DNA of 64,000 bases, taken from assembly GCF_006345805.1 (NCBI RefSeq), contig NC_042997.1:2480001-2544000 (forward strand), in the 5' to 3' direction. The notes beneath the pieces were generated by a model. The model had not been told where the DNA came from. It saw only the letters and a program-made list of their open reading frames with translations, and made no database searches. The DNA comes from Octopus sinensis. Lineage: Eukaryota. Shown in pieces: positions 24,661 through 38,534 of the stretch (the first letter of the stretch is position 1; each line of letters starts with the position of its first letter). Position numbers and translations under genes: made by a program.

Positions 24661-25891
24661 TAGGCAATTTTTTTTGGGGGAAAATGCACTGAAATTTGGA
24701 AAAACTTGTAATTACTTAAAATGAATTTATGTACATATATACGAAACTTCTTTCAACATTTTATTTTTAACAATGCTAAATATTCAGAATTATGAACTTG
24801 AAAATCATGTTTAAAAATTACGATGTCGGAAAGGCTAAATGTTCATAACAGTCAAGTATATTAAAACTGTAAATCAATTTGTTTGAATGTACAAAGGTCA
24901 CCAGTGTTATTAGTGATTGATAAGAAACGAATATCATAACATTTCAGTCATACTGAGTTAAGAGGGAAAAACAGAAAGGAGGGATGAAGTTAGAAAAAAT
25001 AGGTATTTGGTTTAGAAATTCTGTGATCCTCTTTCCGAATTGTGTAGGAATTACTCTTGTAAAGGTGTGTTTTGAAATCCAATGTATTCATATTTTTTTC
25101 ACGAACATATCTGATTTTCGATTCATTAATATACTGTTGATGTCTTGTTTTTCCGTAGGTCAAATTTTTCGTTCTGCCTCATTGCTTTCCCAGTGGGGAA
25201 CGGTTATCAGTCGTTCCAATTGGTGGATTCTCTTAAACTATCTTATTCTTGTACTTGCTGAAGTTTTCTTTTGATTGGATTAAAGTTAGGTGACATCAGC
25301 AATTGGTGTTTGTAAAGTTTCATTGATCGAGAGACCATACAAGAACACCATACAAACACCAGTGGCCGACGTCACCTGTGATTTAACGAATCAAAAATCA
25401 GATCCGGTCGCGGAAAAATTCAATCATACACCGGATTCCAAAACACCGTTAAAAGCGTAAGAGAATCAGAGAAATTGAAATCCAAATCCCATTTTTACTA
25501 TGTATATTTCTCCAGTTTTTTCACTCTTAAATCAGTATGACCGAAACATTGATGATATGAATTTCTTGTCAATCACTAATAATACTAATGACTTTTGCAC
25601 ATTCAAGCAAACTTAATACAATTGACTGTTATGAACATTTGAAATTGCCAACGTCGAAATTTTTAAACATTTTTTTCTAATTCACAATTCTAATGTTGTC
25701 AGCTACGAACATTTAAACTTGTAAAAAATGAAACTTTTAAAGATGGTTTCTGTAATTCATAATTCTAAATGTTTAGCATTGTAAAACAATTAATATTATT
25801 AAAGCTAGTTCGATATATATGTAAATGAATTTGTTTTAACCAAGTACAAGGTTTTCAAATTTAGGTGCATTTTCAACAATAAATTTGCCTA
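24661..25891. mobile_element. Foldback/MITE-like non-autonomous DNA element with long (~470-500 bp), diverged TIRs and TA flanks
   Basis: Starts TA|TAGGCAA and ends TTGCCTA|TA. 24661-25130 aligns by eye to the reverse complement of 25380-25891 with many substitutions and indels. No transposase. Confidence 0.8.
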
Positions 25892-25905
25892 TATATGTAT
25901 ATATA

Positions 25906-26014
<109 letters not shown>

Positions 26015-26086
26015 TATAAATAAGGATAATATCGATATTATCAAGTGGCCAGCATGAGAAAATACCATACAGAGATAATTTTTTAC

Positions 26087-26327
26087 AACTAAAAATAAGG
26101 GTGTCTGAGAGACACCGCCATGCCATGTCATCGATGACGGCAAAGCTTATTTAAAGCAAAGCTAGAAATCCAGGATCTTGAATTATTCAGTAATACTTTT
26201 TGCTAGTCTATTTTGTGCCTCTGTCTTATCTCATGGTGTGATATGAACATTTCACGTTGATTTTAGAGTCAGGGATTTGACTGCTATTTCGGCATGGTGG
26301 TCTCTCTCAGACACCCTTATTTTAGTT
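26087..26327. mobile_element. MITE (~240 bp) with ~38 bp TIRs
   Basis: aactaaaaataagggtgtctgagagacaccgccatgcc ... ggcatggtggtctctctcagacacccttattttagtt. Confidence 0.85.
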
Positions 26328-26344
26328 ATATATATATATATATA

Positions 26345-26400
<56 letters not shown>

Positions 26401-26436
26401 TTATTTATTTATATATTATATATATATATATATATA

Positions 26437-27684
26437 TTGGGTTGTCCGGAAAGTTTGTGCCGATTTATAGCAGCTTACCTTTCGACTTATTTTAGAACAT
26501 GTTTGCGTCAATAAAATGAGATTTGACTATACCTCCATTTAGATCACAGTTTAAGGTATATTTTTCTGAAAGAAGGTTAATTTTTCTATAATCTGTGTTA
26601 ATTCTGTAACTCCTTAAAATGGAAGATAAAAAGTTCATTTTCGGCACTTGATGCTTTTCTTTTTCCGTAAAGGGAAAACGCCTCAGAAGCAACCAAAGAA
26701 ATATACGCTGTTTACTGTGATGTTTCTTTATCTGAAAGAACTGTACGGAAGTGGTTCGCAAGGTTCCGAGATGGAGATTGTAACCTTATTCATAAAGAGC
26801 GATCAAGTCATTATTTGAAAATAACCTATATTGCATGACCCCAGAATTGGCAGAAAGCCTCAACCTATGAAAATCCGTCATTCATGAGCACCTGGTAAAG
26901 CTTGGGTAAACAAATCGCTACGACGTTTGGGTACTACATTAGTTGAGTGAGAAGATCCTTTTAGATATCATTTCCAGCTGCGATTCGCTTTCTAAGCGGA
27001 ATGAAAACGCCCCTTTCTTAAACAAATTGTGACAGGTGATGAGAAATGGATTATCTACCGAAATGTTCACAGAAATCGATCGTGGAGTAAGCGACATGAG
27101 CCACACATAGTCACCCCAAAAGCGGATCTTCACCATAAATAAAGTCTTGCTTTGTGTCTGGTGGGATTGGAAAGGAATTCTGTACTATGAGCTTCTCCCA
27201 AGTAATCAGACAATTAATTCTGAGAAATACTGCACACAACTGGATGAATTAAAAGCAGCAATTCAAGAGAAACGTCCAGAATTGGTCAACAGGAAGGGTG
27301 TTTTTTTCCAACATAATAATGCAAGACCGAACCTTTCGTTGGGAACCAGACAAAAATTGCTGCAGCTCGTCTGGAATGTGTTACCCCACCCTCCATATTC
27401 ACCAGATATTGCTCCTGCGGATTTCCACTTATTCGGGTCTCGGCAGAATAGTCTGAATTGTAAAAATTTCAATTCCTTGGATGACGTAAAAAGATACCTT
27501 TATGAATTGTTTTCCATAAAACCACCTCAATTATGGGAAGTAGTTTCAAGTTAAAGGAAAGACGGAGACGCATTGTGCAACAAAATTGTTTTCATATTTG
27601 TGTCATTCATTATAATGTAATGGCAAGTATTTATTGACATATTTCTTTCCTTTAAAAATCGGCACGAATTTTCCAGAAACCCAA
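26437..27684 (+). mobile_element. Full-length but inactivated mariner (DD34D) element
   Basis: TA target duplication on both sides; TIR ttgggttgtccggaaagtttgtgccgattt / aaatcggcacgaattttccagaaacccaa. Transposase from ATG 26619 (MEDKK..HFRHLML): WVLH*L, IVTGDEKWI, MLCVWWDWKG, QHNNARP (second catalytic D to N), HPPYSPDIAPADFHLF. Frameshifts and stops present. Confidence 0.95.
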
Positions 27685-27699
27685 TATGTTGTAGTATAG

Positions 27700-27776
<77 letters not shown>

Positions 27777-27899
27777 AGATACATAAAGATAATAGTTAAA
27801 ATAATTTAAAGTGTTGCAGGAGAGGTGAATGATCATGCCAAAACAGGGAGACGTATTTCGTAGGGTCTAACTCCAGTATTGCCTTCGCTCGGTGTCTTA

Positions 27900-28540
27900 G
27901 CAAAGGTACTTAACGTGAAATGAAAACCCATACGATAAGACGATGAATAAATAAACACGTATCTTCACATGAGAAGAACATTGTGGACGGTCGCCTTGTT
28001 TAATTTGGTGAATGCTGCCATATTCCTTGCGCATCTTCGGTGCTACGAAGAATTTTCTTGGTCCCTCGTTCAACGGAGCCTCACACATAATAATAGAAGG
28101 GGTTTCTAGTCTGGGGAATTAGGTGGCGAGATGTTAGGTGTGATGTGATCTCAGAAATTGTTTGACAGCCATGATTGGGTTCTCCTGATTGCGTGATCTC
28201 AGAAATTGTTTGACAGCCATGATTGGGTTCTCCTGATTGCGTAACTTTGTTCAGAATCCTTTTACCAGACTTAGTGTCTTCCAGCAGCCATCGTATTGAC
28301 CCAGAGCAGTACTACATCCACCAGGCACTTGATGTAGGCGTCAGTGCTCAGTGTGAGATGTTGAATGCAGTTATAACGTCGCCATCACTAGTGATCACTC
28401 CAAACAATGATGTTGACTGGATGTTTGATTTTTATCACTCTCGGAACATGTCCTCCGATTGCACTCTCCTCAGATTGACACACCCACCATCTGAGATGTA
28501 TGTTATGGTGCTCCTGGCGTGAATGCCAAACAGTATAGCA
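27900..28540 (-). mobile_element. Tc1/mariner-superfamily (DD37D/maT-like) transposase remnant
   Basis: Minus strand: KHPVNI, FGVITSDGDV, AYIKCLVDVVLLWVNTMAAGR, RRTQSWLSNNF*DHITPNI..PNSPD..YYV. Family assignment is from recalled similarity. Confidence 0.75.
28145..28242. repeat. Perfect 48-bp tandem duplication
   Basis: gtgatctcagaaattgtttgacagccatgattgggttctcctgattgc x2. Confidence 0.97.
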
Positions 28541-28799
28541 TGTCGTTTGAAAATTTTCTCAAAGATGGTGCCCAACTGACACTACTATATATTTATGCAA
28601 CATATTCAAAAACAAACAGACAATTTACGCAACGCACCCTGTATGTATGTAAGTATGTATATATATATATATATATATATATCACCGTCACCGTGACCGA
28701 CCAGGCTGTCATATGTTGCTACACATCGCTGGTCACAATGCACTCGCATTGTTTTAGCCTTCAAATGAACGACGCCACCCCGCTCGCTAAGCGAGTAGG

Positions 28800-28855
<56 letters not shown>

Positions 28856-31472
28856 GTGAATATGAATATGTGTGTGTGTTTGTTTGTAAATATTTAATAC
28901 ACATTCCTTCAAAAAAAGCTACAGATAATCTCATGGTATAGAGATACAATAATTCGGCATGTGAGCATGATATGGCATTTATCTCCACGCAATCCATCCG
29001 ACTGATGCATACCGGTAGACATTATTTGAGTAAAAAAAACATGACTTTCACTGGATGAGTGCTTTTCTGTTGATTATACCTAAAATGAAACTGCAAACTG
29101 CAAACACACACACACACACACATTTAACAATTTACTAAATCATATCATTTGTCGCAAGAAATTTAGTGCAAACTGTCCATATCTTTAGTATAAGATCACT
29201 TTTACGATACGACTTGGATTTTCACATATATCACCAACGAAATAAATATTATTTGGACTGATGGTTCTAAACCTTTCTTGCAATTGTATAATTACAAATG
29301 TAGCTTTGCGTGCATATGCATGACCCTGTATGTGTGCGTGTATGTGCATATCTGTGCGCTTGTGTGTGTATGAGTATGTGTATGTGTGTGTATGTGTGTG
29401 TATGTGTGTGTGTGTGTGTGCGTGTATTTCTGTGTGAATGAGGAATTCCACCTGAATCGCTGCAAGTGAATAATGTACGTTTAAATATATATGAACCTTG
29501 TAGACTATTTTGATTAGTGTTATAATCTAAGATATAAAGCATTTAGCAACATCATAGATCATATATATGAAATAAAATAGATTCTTCAGCGCTTGTAATT
29601 ACTTTAGAATATTTTTGATATTTCTTTGCGTGATTCGATACCCGCACCAATTGAAAAAAAAATAAAAATCGCAATATAAATCTTGAAACATTTATTATAA
29701 CTGCGAAGTTTTCAAACAGACATGTTCACTAAAATAGTTAATGTTGATACATATTTGCATCATTCAATATTTTTTCTTTCTTTTTTATTAATTTATTTCT
29801 TAAATATGAAAGATTTGTTTATGTTGCACTTGCTAATTAAATCATGGCACTGTATGCAAGCTCAACACGGACAATGCTTGTAATGTTTTTTATATTTATT
29901 TATTTTTTTGTAAAGATTGATCCGCAATAGAAGATAACAGTCATTAATATTTTGTCTTGTAGCCCAAATATCCATGCATACAGTGTATGGATTGTAAAAC
30001 ACGTCCTTAGCACATTTTGAAACAAAATGATTATATCATATATAAGTACAGATTTTGGTTTAAAAGCTTTTTCATTTTTTTTTTATTTTTAATTAAATAA
30101 TATACGTTCAGTTTATTTCACAAATATTTTGTTTTCATTATTATCTTACTCTGTCCTTTAATTCTTTTCTTCCATTCTTATTAAAGAATTGCGTTTCAAA
30201 AGATGTTACGCAGGCCGCGCATAATATAAGTAAGGAACATGAAAGATAATGAAAAATATAACAACGGGAAAAAAATTAAATTGGGTTTTATCACCATTTA
30301 TATACCAATGAGTCTTAAGTGTTTTGTATATGAGATATGTACTGCCGTTTGGAAAGATTATATTCAAGGTCAATTTTTTTTCTGTTTATCACGATTTAAA
30401 AATATCATTTAATTTAAAAAGAAATTAAAATAAATATGACAAAATTGTTCATGTGTATGACGATTTTATAAGCAATATTTTCCACATATTTCTTATGGAA
30501 ATAAAATAGGTTTAAAAAAATCTGATAGGTGAAATATATTAAGTTAGCGCGGAGACACAAGTATATGTAGACTAAACAACATACTGTTTAAGCTACTTTT
30601 TGAAAAGTATTACGAAATTGCGATTAAAAACATGTAAGCAGTATTATCAAATAAATCTTGTCTGTATCCAAACTGAAATTTTAGTCAAAGAGATCAAAAC
30701 ATTTATTTCTTAATTTTGAATCGTGAATATAGCGTAGAGCTCTTAAAATATCTTATGAAAGTAATATATCAAATTAAAAGCAAATAAAAAAATAAATAAA
30801 CAAGAAGACATCAGTTAAAATGGAAAGGATGTGATAAACTTGCCAGAAATATTATAACTGCAAAGGCATGTATGCCGATATATACATATATATACTCATA
30901 CAGAAATACATACACATTCACCTACATACACACATATATATATATAATATATATATATATATGTGTGTATATATTTGTTATCAGATAAGACTGTACACAT
31001 ATATATGTGGATATATAGTATCTATACATATGCACACGTAGAGATACACCCTTATATAAATAAATACATAGAACCCACATAATAACAGGCACACACATAC
31101 ACACGGAAGCACCCAGACACATTTTGAAAATGCTATTATGTTCTAGATTTAAATGTTTATATTGGTATTTTTCAGGCTGTAGGGAAAAATAAAGTTCTGA
31201 AATACACCATAAAAATGAACGTTTGTAATTAGTTTATTTAGGCTCATCATCGAGATCTAAAACGCGACTAAAATGTGTAATGGACATATACTAACATGTG
31301 ACACACATCCCAATAAAAGAGTCAGAAAGAATTCCCAATTTAGCTGATACTTATATCTACATATATCTACATAAGCATCACATTTTTCTTTCTAATTTAG
31401 AATGTTTCCCCTCTCTTGCTACACACAAACGTACACACACACACACATATATATGTAATTCTATATTTAACC

Positions 31473-31760
31473 ACTACGCCATAGTGGATAAGAGCGCAGG
31501 GTCCTTACCCCAAGATTCCGAGTTCGATTCCAGGCAGTGACTTGAATAATAATAATAATAATAATAATAACAACAACAACAAAAACAACAACCACAGCAA
31601 CAACAACATCAAAAAATACCTTTGAAATGAGAACACAGGTTCGAAATTTCCCCTAGACACCTCATCAAGTCTGGAGGGTTTATCAGCCGAAACGTAGTGT
31701 TAACAACAAACAATATGAGGAAAAATATCCGTCAATTGTAAATAATGTAAATAATGTATA
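31473..31760 (+). mobile_element. tRNA-headed SINE with internal (AAT/AAC)n and a hammerhead-like tail
   Basis: A-box-like tagtggataagag (31482-31494), B box gagttcgattcc (31520-31531), microsatellite 31545-31610, then gacac-CTCATCA-a-gtctg..cagcc-GAAAC-GTA-gtgtt (31656-31701). Confidence 0.7.
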
Positions 31761-31824
31761 TATATATACATAATTATACACACAAACACACATACATATA
31801 TATATATATATAAATATATACACA

Positions 31825-31875
<51 letters not shown>

Positions 31876-31904
31876 TATATATATATGCACATACATATAC
31901 ATAT

Positions 31905-31936
<32 letters not shown>

Positions 31937-32222
31937 ATCTATATATATATATATATATATAATATATATATATATAATATATATATATATATATGTATAT
32001 ATGTGTGTGTGTGTGTACATATGTATATGTATATATGTATATATATATAAATTAATATCTTACCTATATTGTTATTTTATGCTTGCTAATCACTTATATG
32101 TACATATGTGTATATATATACATATGTTTATATATATGCGTGTGTATGTTATATACACGTATATATCTGTTTACATACGAATATATATATAGAAATACGT
32201 GTGTACACACACACATATATAT

Positions 32223-32255
<33 letters not shown>

Positions 32256-32322
32256 CAGTAAATACATCGAAAACACACGTACATTTCAATACGTACATAT
32301 TCCTATAAATATACATACATAC

Positions 32323-32405
<83 letters not shown>

Positions 32406-33083
32406 CATATCTTAAAATATAAAAGACAATAATTTCAAGGGCAATGCTGATTTAGTTCGTAACTCCAAATTGTGAAATAAAAATCACCTTGAAATCGTTA
32501 CAATGTAAAAATAAATAGGGGTTTTCAAATAGCTTTTGAAGCTCATTTAACCGAAGGTCTGTTGACAATTCTGGACTCTAATATATACTAATATCTAATT
32601 CAATGTAAGAGCTATCAATTAACTGGTATTTTAGTATTCTTTTGGAATTATGTTATTTGTTTCGTACTACAGCGTTGGCAATTGCAGTAATATGATGCGG
32701 CATATATTTAGTAGTGTAGAATTTCCAAAAAAGGCTGAGGCTCCTTTGAAAATATGCAATAGCTTATGATGGAATATAATTTTCCTAAGACTGAATAAAA
32801 TTCTGTGATAAAACTGTGTTTGAAAAAAAAAATTAAATACGTGTGTATAAATTATTTTCCATTATCTCATGTATTTACTACTGTCTTTACTTATTTCTAA
32901 CTCAATCTCAAGATTTCGAAAACCCTGTATTTGGAGAAATTTTGATTGTCTATAATTCATATATAAAAATATTTCAATTGTTTTTGACACAACGTATTAG
33001 ATATCTGAAAATAATACGTATACATACATATATACATACAGACACATCTTATACACACACACACACCACACACACACACACAC

Positions 33084-33114
<31 letters not shown>

Positions 33115-33517
33115 CTAGAGATATGTGTATGTATATTTAATAAATATATACATAAACATATATATATATATATTCATACACATTTAAATACGTATATTAT
33201 ATGAATATATGTATATATACATATAATGTATATGTCTTTGTATATATATATGCATATACATTTATAGACATGTGTATAGCTATTTGTGTGTCTTCATTTA
33301 AGTATACGATTTTGTAGCTTTGTTTTCTTAGACACATTATCAGCCATATATTTCATATTCCTAATCAGCGTTACTCATCCACTGTCTTTCCATATATACA
33401 CTGGCTTCGTCCATTTTATGAAGTTTGGGTAAACAATGCTGCTCTTACTAAGTTAAAGTTACACACACAAACACACACACATATTTACATACACGTATAT
33501 ATTTATATATGTATGTG

Positions 33518-33573
<56 letters not shown>

Positions 33574-33810
33574 GTGTGTATATACATATATACATATATA
33601 AATATATATATAGTGTGTATATAGATATGCATATATACATACACATACACATTTCAGAAAGCCCTTACCTCAGTTTTCAGAAAACTCCAAGATCTGTAGA
33701 TCTTTTTCAGTTATATTTTATATATTTTGTTAACTATTCTTTTTGATTTAACAGTTTAACATAATAAAATCATCAATGTTTAGCTCCCGAGCATTGTATT
33801 TACCTTCAAT

Positions 33811-33844
<34 letters not shown>

Positions 33845-33961
33845 GTATACATATATATATATATGAATAAATTAATAATTTTACCTGTATGGTATCCTTA
33901 TGCTTGCTAGCAACTTATACTATTACTATAGATATGAATAACGTTTTATATATTTGAATAT

Positions 33962-33998
<37 letters not shown>

Positions 33999-34007
33999 TA
34001 TATATAT

Positions 34008-34041
<34 letters not shown>

Positions 34042-34044
34042 ATT

Positions 34045-34150
34045 TGGTGCCCAAATCCTGAATTGAAAGACTTCACCAGGTGGTGCTATTAAGTTAGACA
34101 TGACCTGAGGCAATACTGGCCAAAACCTTTCTAAGTTATTCCAAGTTATA
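34045..34150 (+). mobile_element. Short 3'-end copy of the CR1-like LINE
   Basis: 'ccaggtggtgctattaagttagacatgacctgaggcaatactggccaaaacc' matches 19128-19180. Confidence 0.65.
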
Positions 34151-34326
34151 TATATATATAGATATACATATACGTATATAATATATGCACATATATACGT
34201 ATGTATATATACAAATATATATATATATATATACACATACACATACATATGTATACACACACACACACATATATATATATAATTGTTTGTATGTGTATGT
34301 ATGGATGTGTATAAACGTATGTATAA

Positions 34327-34363
<37 letters not shown>

Positions 34364-34974
34364 TCTTAATATCTAATTCCTACTCTTTTCGAGTGTACAT
34401 TTATTAGACATTATGAACCATCTAAACGCTTGATTAATTTGGTCATTATTGAACACATTTATACCCTTCAACAAAAGCTTATCACACTGTACCTGATTTA
34501 TATTTCGCTTGTTATTTAGAAATATAGTGTAAATTGCCTGGTATGTAATGTAATGTAAAGGCGCTGAATTTTGTTGTTTATACATATCACTCTGAGTAAA
34601 TACGGACAATGAGTCCAATTTATGTTACTATTGTGAGATTAAGAGATGCTGCGCAAAAATATAGGCCGGCTCTAAATATGCACTTGCATAAAATGAAAGA
34701 ACACCTTTGAAGCCCTTCCCTCGGTGCTCAGAAAATTCCAAGATCTTTAGAGCTTTTTGAGTGAAATTTTATATATTTTGTTAACTGTTCCTTTTGATAT
34801 AACATCTATACGTTATAAAAACACCAATGCTTAACTCTTAAGAATTGTATTTACCTTCACTATATTTTCTGAATGACAATGCCTTATTTCAAAAGTAATA
34901 TGAAAGAAAATGAATTCTTATCTTTTTATCACAAATGATATAATTATAATCAGAATGTAGCATCTGTAGCAACA

Positions 34975-35065
34975 GCGGTAGTAGTAGTTGTAGTAGTAGT
35001 GGTGGTGGTAGTGGTAGTAGTAGCAGCAGTAGTAGCAGCAGCAGCAGCAGTAGTAGTAGCAGCAA

Positions 35066-35098
<33 letters not shown>

Positions 35099-35120
35099 CA
35101 GCAGCTGGAGCAGCAGCAAC
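34975..35120. repeat. (GTA/GCA/GTG)n compound trinucleotide microsatellite
   Basis: Direct reading. Confidence 0.95.
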
Positions 35121-35594
35121 ATATCATTTAATGATTAAATTATTCTCATCAACAAAATTACTAGTCCTGGATGCAATTATATCGTAGAAGCTATGGAGCA
35201 TGTAGTTAAATACTCTGCAACACTTTATATTAGTTCATGATTTTTAAATCAATTGCAGGAAAACTGCGAGATTCGATTTGTCATCTCTTAAACATTTACT
35301 AATAATCATTTACAATATCCTGTATAAACCTCTGAAGAAATATTTAGTATTAACACTTTCCCCAATTCTCTCAAAGTAAATTTTGCATCGGTGAATATTT
35401 CCTACATAAATATACCCTTTCTATACATAGATATAAACACACACACACACACACACACTATATATATATATATGTGTGTGTGTATGTGTGTATGTATATA
35501 TATATATATGTGAATATATGTATATATATATGTATGTATATATACACACACGCACAAGTATATATATATATGTATATATATATATATAATATAT

Positions 35595-35640
<46 letters not shown>

Positions 35641-35647
35641 ATAAGTA

Positions 35648-35679
<32 letters not shown>

Positions 35680-35771
35680 CAATTATAAAATTAATTAAGG
35701 GTAGAAATTGATATTTATCAATTAAGACCAGTGTCTAGCATATTAAAAAAGAATCCGAAGATTAAAATATT

Positions 35772-36086
35772 TATATATACCAATTAAGGACTGAACACGA
35801 AAAGTGGACAGTCAACATGCTAGATATAGACGTCAAATCGCCATTCACCACAAAAGATTATGTTCTCAGATCAAACTCAATACAAAAACCATAGCAATAA
35901 ACAAGTGAAAAATATACGAAATAAAATAATTATTTTATTTCGTATATTTTTCACTTGTTTATTGCTATGGTTTTGTGTTGAGTTTGATCTGAGAACATAA
36001 TCTTTTGTGGTGAATGGCGATTTGACGTCTATATCTAGCATGTTGACTGTCCACTTTTCGTGTTCAGTCCTTAATTGGTATATATA
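35772..36086. repeat. Zero-spacer ~315 bp palindrome
   Basis: Centre between 35929 and 35930 (ataaaataa|ttattttat). I found only one substitution and one 1-bp indel between the arms. Confidence 0.97.
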
Positions 36087-36153
36087 TATATATATACATA
36101 TATTATATATGCATATATATATACATATATATATATGCAATATATATATATAC

Positions 36154-36185
<32 letters not shown>

Positions 36186-36247
36186 GTATATATGTATATA
36201 TACATATATATATACATATATATATATACACATATATATATATATAT

Positions 36248-36295
<48 letters not shown>

Positions 36296-36682
36296 CTACG
36301 TATACACACATAAATGCATACACACATTTTTAGGACATGCATTGCAGTAGGGTAATCATTTAACAGAAAGTACAACGATAGAAATGGAATAATCGCAGTT
36401 AATAGGTAATTGAACTTTCAGTGGATGTGATATTGTCGTAGAATAAGAAAAGCTGAGAGATCAGAGAACGTAGGCGCAAAATAGATATGTATCAATTAAA
36501 ACACTCAAATGTTTCATAGAATTGTATGGGCTTTTCACGATATCCTTGCTACTGTTTGAACAAATGACCGTCACAGACAATTTCAAAATATCTCTCTAGG
36601 CACAGGCACACACATACACGCACACAGACATACTCACATGTACACACACGCACACACACACACACACACACACTATATATAT

Positions 36683-36748
<66 letters not shown>

Positions 36749-36750
36749 AA

Positions 36751-37193
36751 TTAAATTAGAGATAAAACCACTATTAGGCAAATCAAACAGTGAAAAACAT
36801 AAGCCAATACGTAAAATTAATTTAAAATATAAAATAAAAAATTATTTAAATAAATTTTATATATATATACAAATATATATATATATATTATATATATATA
36901 TATTATATATATATATATATATAAGTATATATGTATATATATATATATAATATATATATATATATTATATATATATATATATTATATATATATATAATAT
37001 ATATATATATACATATATATATACATATATATATATGCATATATATATACATATATATATATATAAAATTTATAAGTTTAAATTATTTAAAGAATTTTTT
37101 ATTTTTAACTTTTATATTTTAAATTAATTTTATGTATTGGCTTATGTTTTTCACTGTTTGATTTGCCTAATAGTGGTTTTATCTCTAATTTAA
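36751..37193. repeat. Inverted repeat (~80 bp near-perfect arms plus degenerate extension) enclosing a (TA)n field
   Basis: ttaaattagagataaaaccactattaggcaaatcaaacagtgaaaaacataagccaatac ... gtattggcttatgtttttcactgtttgatttgcctaatagtggttttatctctaatttaa. Confidence 0.9.
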
Positions 37194-37285
37194 TATAATA
37201 TAATATATTTATACTATAAAATTGGATATAATCCTAAATCTCATGTTTCCCTGTAAGTTTGGATTCATTCCCTAATATTATTATA

Positions 37286-37321
<36 letters not shown>

Positions 37322-38349
37322 CGGAGCGCATGATACACGCATTTGTTATTACACAGCTAATTAAGTACAAAAATACGTATTTCCCTTCATGTAGACATTT
37401 TGTATAGAAACATGTAAAGAAATCATATCTCTGGCATTATGTATCAATAAAGAAAACATTGAAACATAATTTGAAAAATCTTTAAATTAAATCACCACAT
37501 GCTAAAAGAGAATACAGGAGACATGCATTGGTAAATGTTCCAACAAGCAATAGGAAGTCAAAGTATTTCAGTTAAACTGCCTTTATGCAAATCAGATGAA
37601 TGTTAAACGAGTGAAATACATGATAAAATATCGTTTGCAAATTCTGTTAACTTTCGTAACACAATTATGGAACTATATAACTAAGTTTCATTTAACTTCA
37701 TTTTTTTTGTAGATTAGTAGACATTCAAAATGAACACCGGAAGCGAAAGAAATATCCGTTTGATACCGGTGACATATTTACATCGTACATATATATATAT
37801 ATATATATATACATGCTTACATACACATACATAAATACATACATACATACACATACATATATATATATATACGTATATATGTGTGTGATATAAACTTATA
37901 CATGAATTTCAATGCACTTTTCTGTCAGTCCCCTGTAGCTATCACTGTTTTGTAACAGTGAAAAAAAAAACAGATAATTATTTTCTTGTGAGGAAGGGTT
38001 GGGCTCTTTAAATCATACTAAGTTTCACAATGGGAAAAAAATGAAGAATATCTCTCTGCATTAAGAAATAAATATAATGATCTCTTTTTCACTTTATCGC
38101 TAAATGAACATAGACTTGTATCAAGAGTACAAAATTATGGCTCATATACAATTACACATGTAAATTATGAACGAAACAATATAAAATCAATGCATAAAAA
38201 ACAACTTATGTTTATTGTAGATAATCCGTTAAAACAATCTCTACACATGTTTAATTCTCACTGAAATATAACTCTGCTCGTAGAATCATTTAAATTCATA
38301 ATTTGAGTAGTTCAAAAACAATTTCTTAACATCTTTCTATATGGATGAA

Positions 38350-38390
<41 letters not shown>

Positions 38391-38449
38391 TATATATACG
38401 TATGTATGTATATATATGCATGTACATATATGCATGTATATATATATAA

Positions 38450-38490
<41 letters not shown>

Positions 38491-38503
38491 CATATATATA
38501 TAT

Positions 38504-38534
<31 letters not shown>

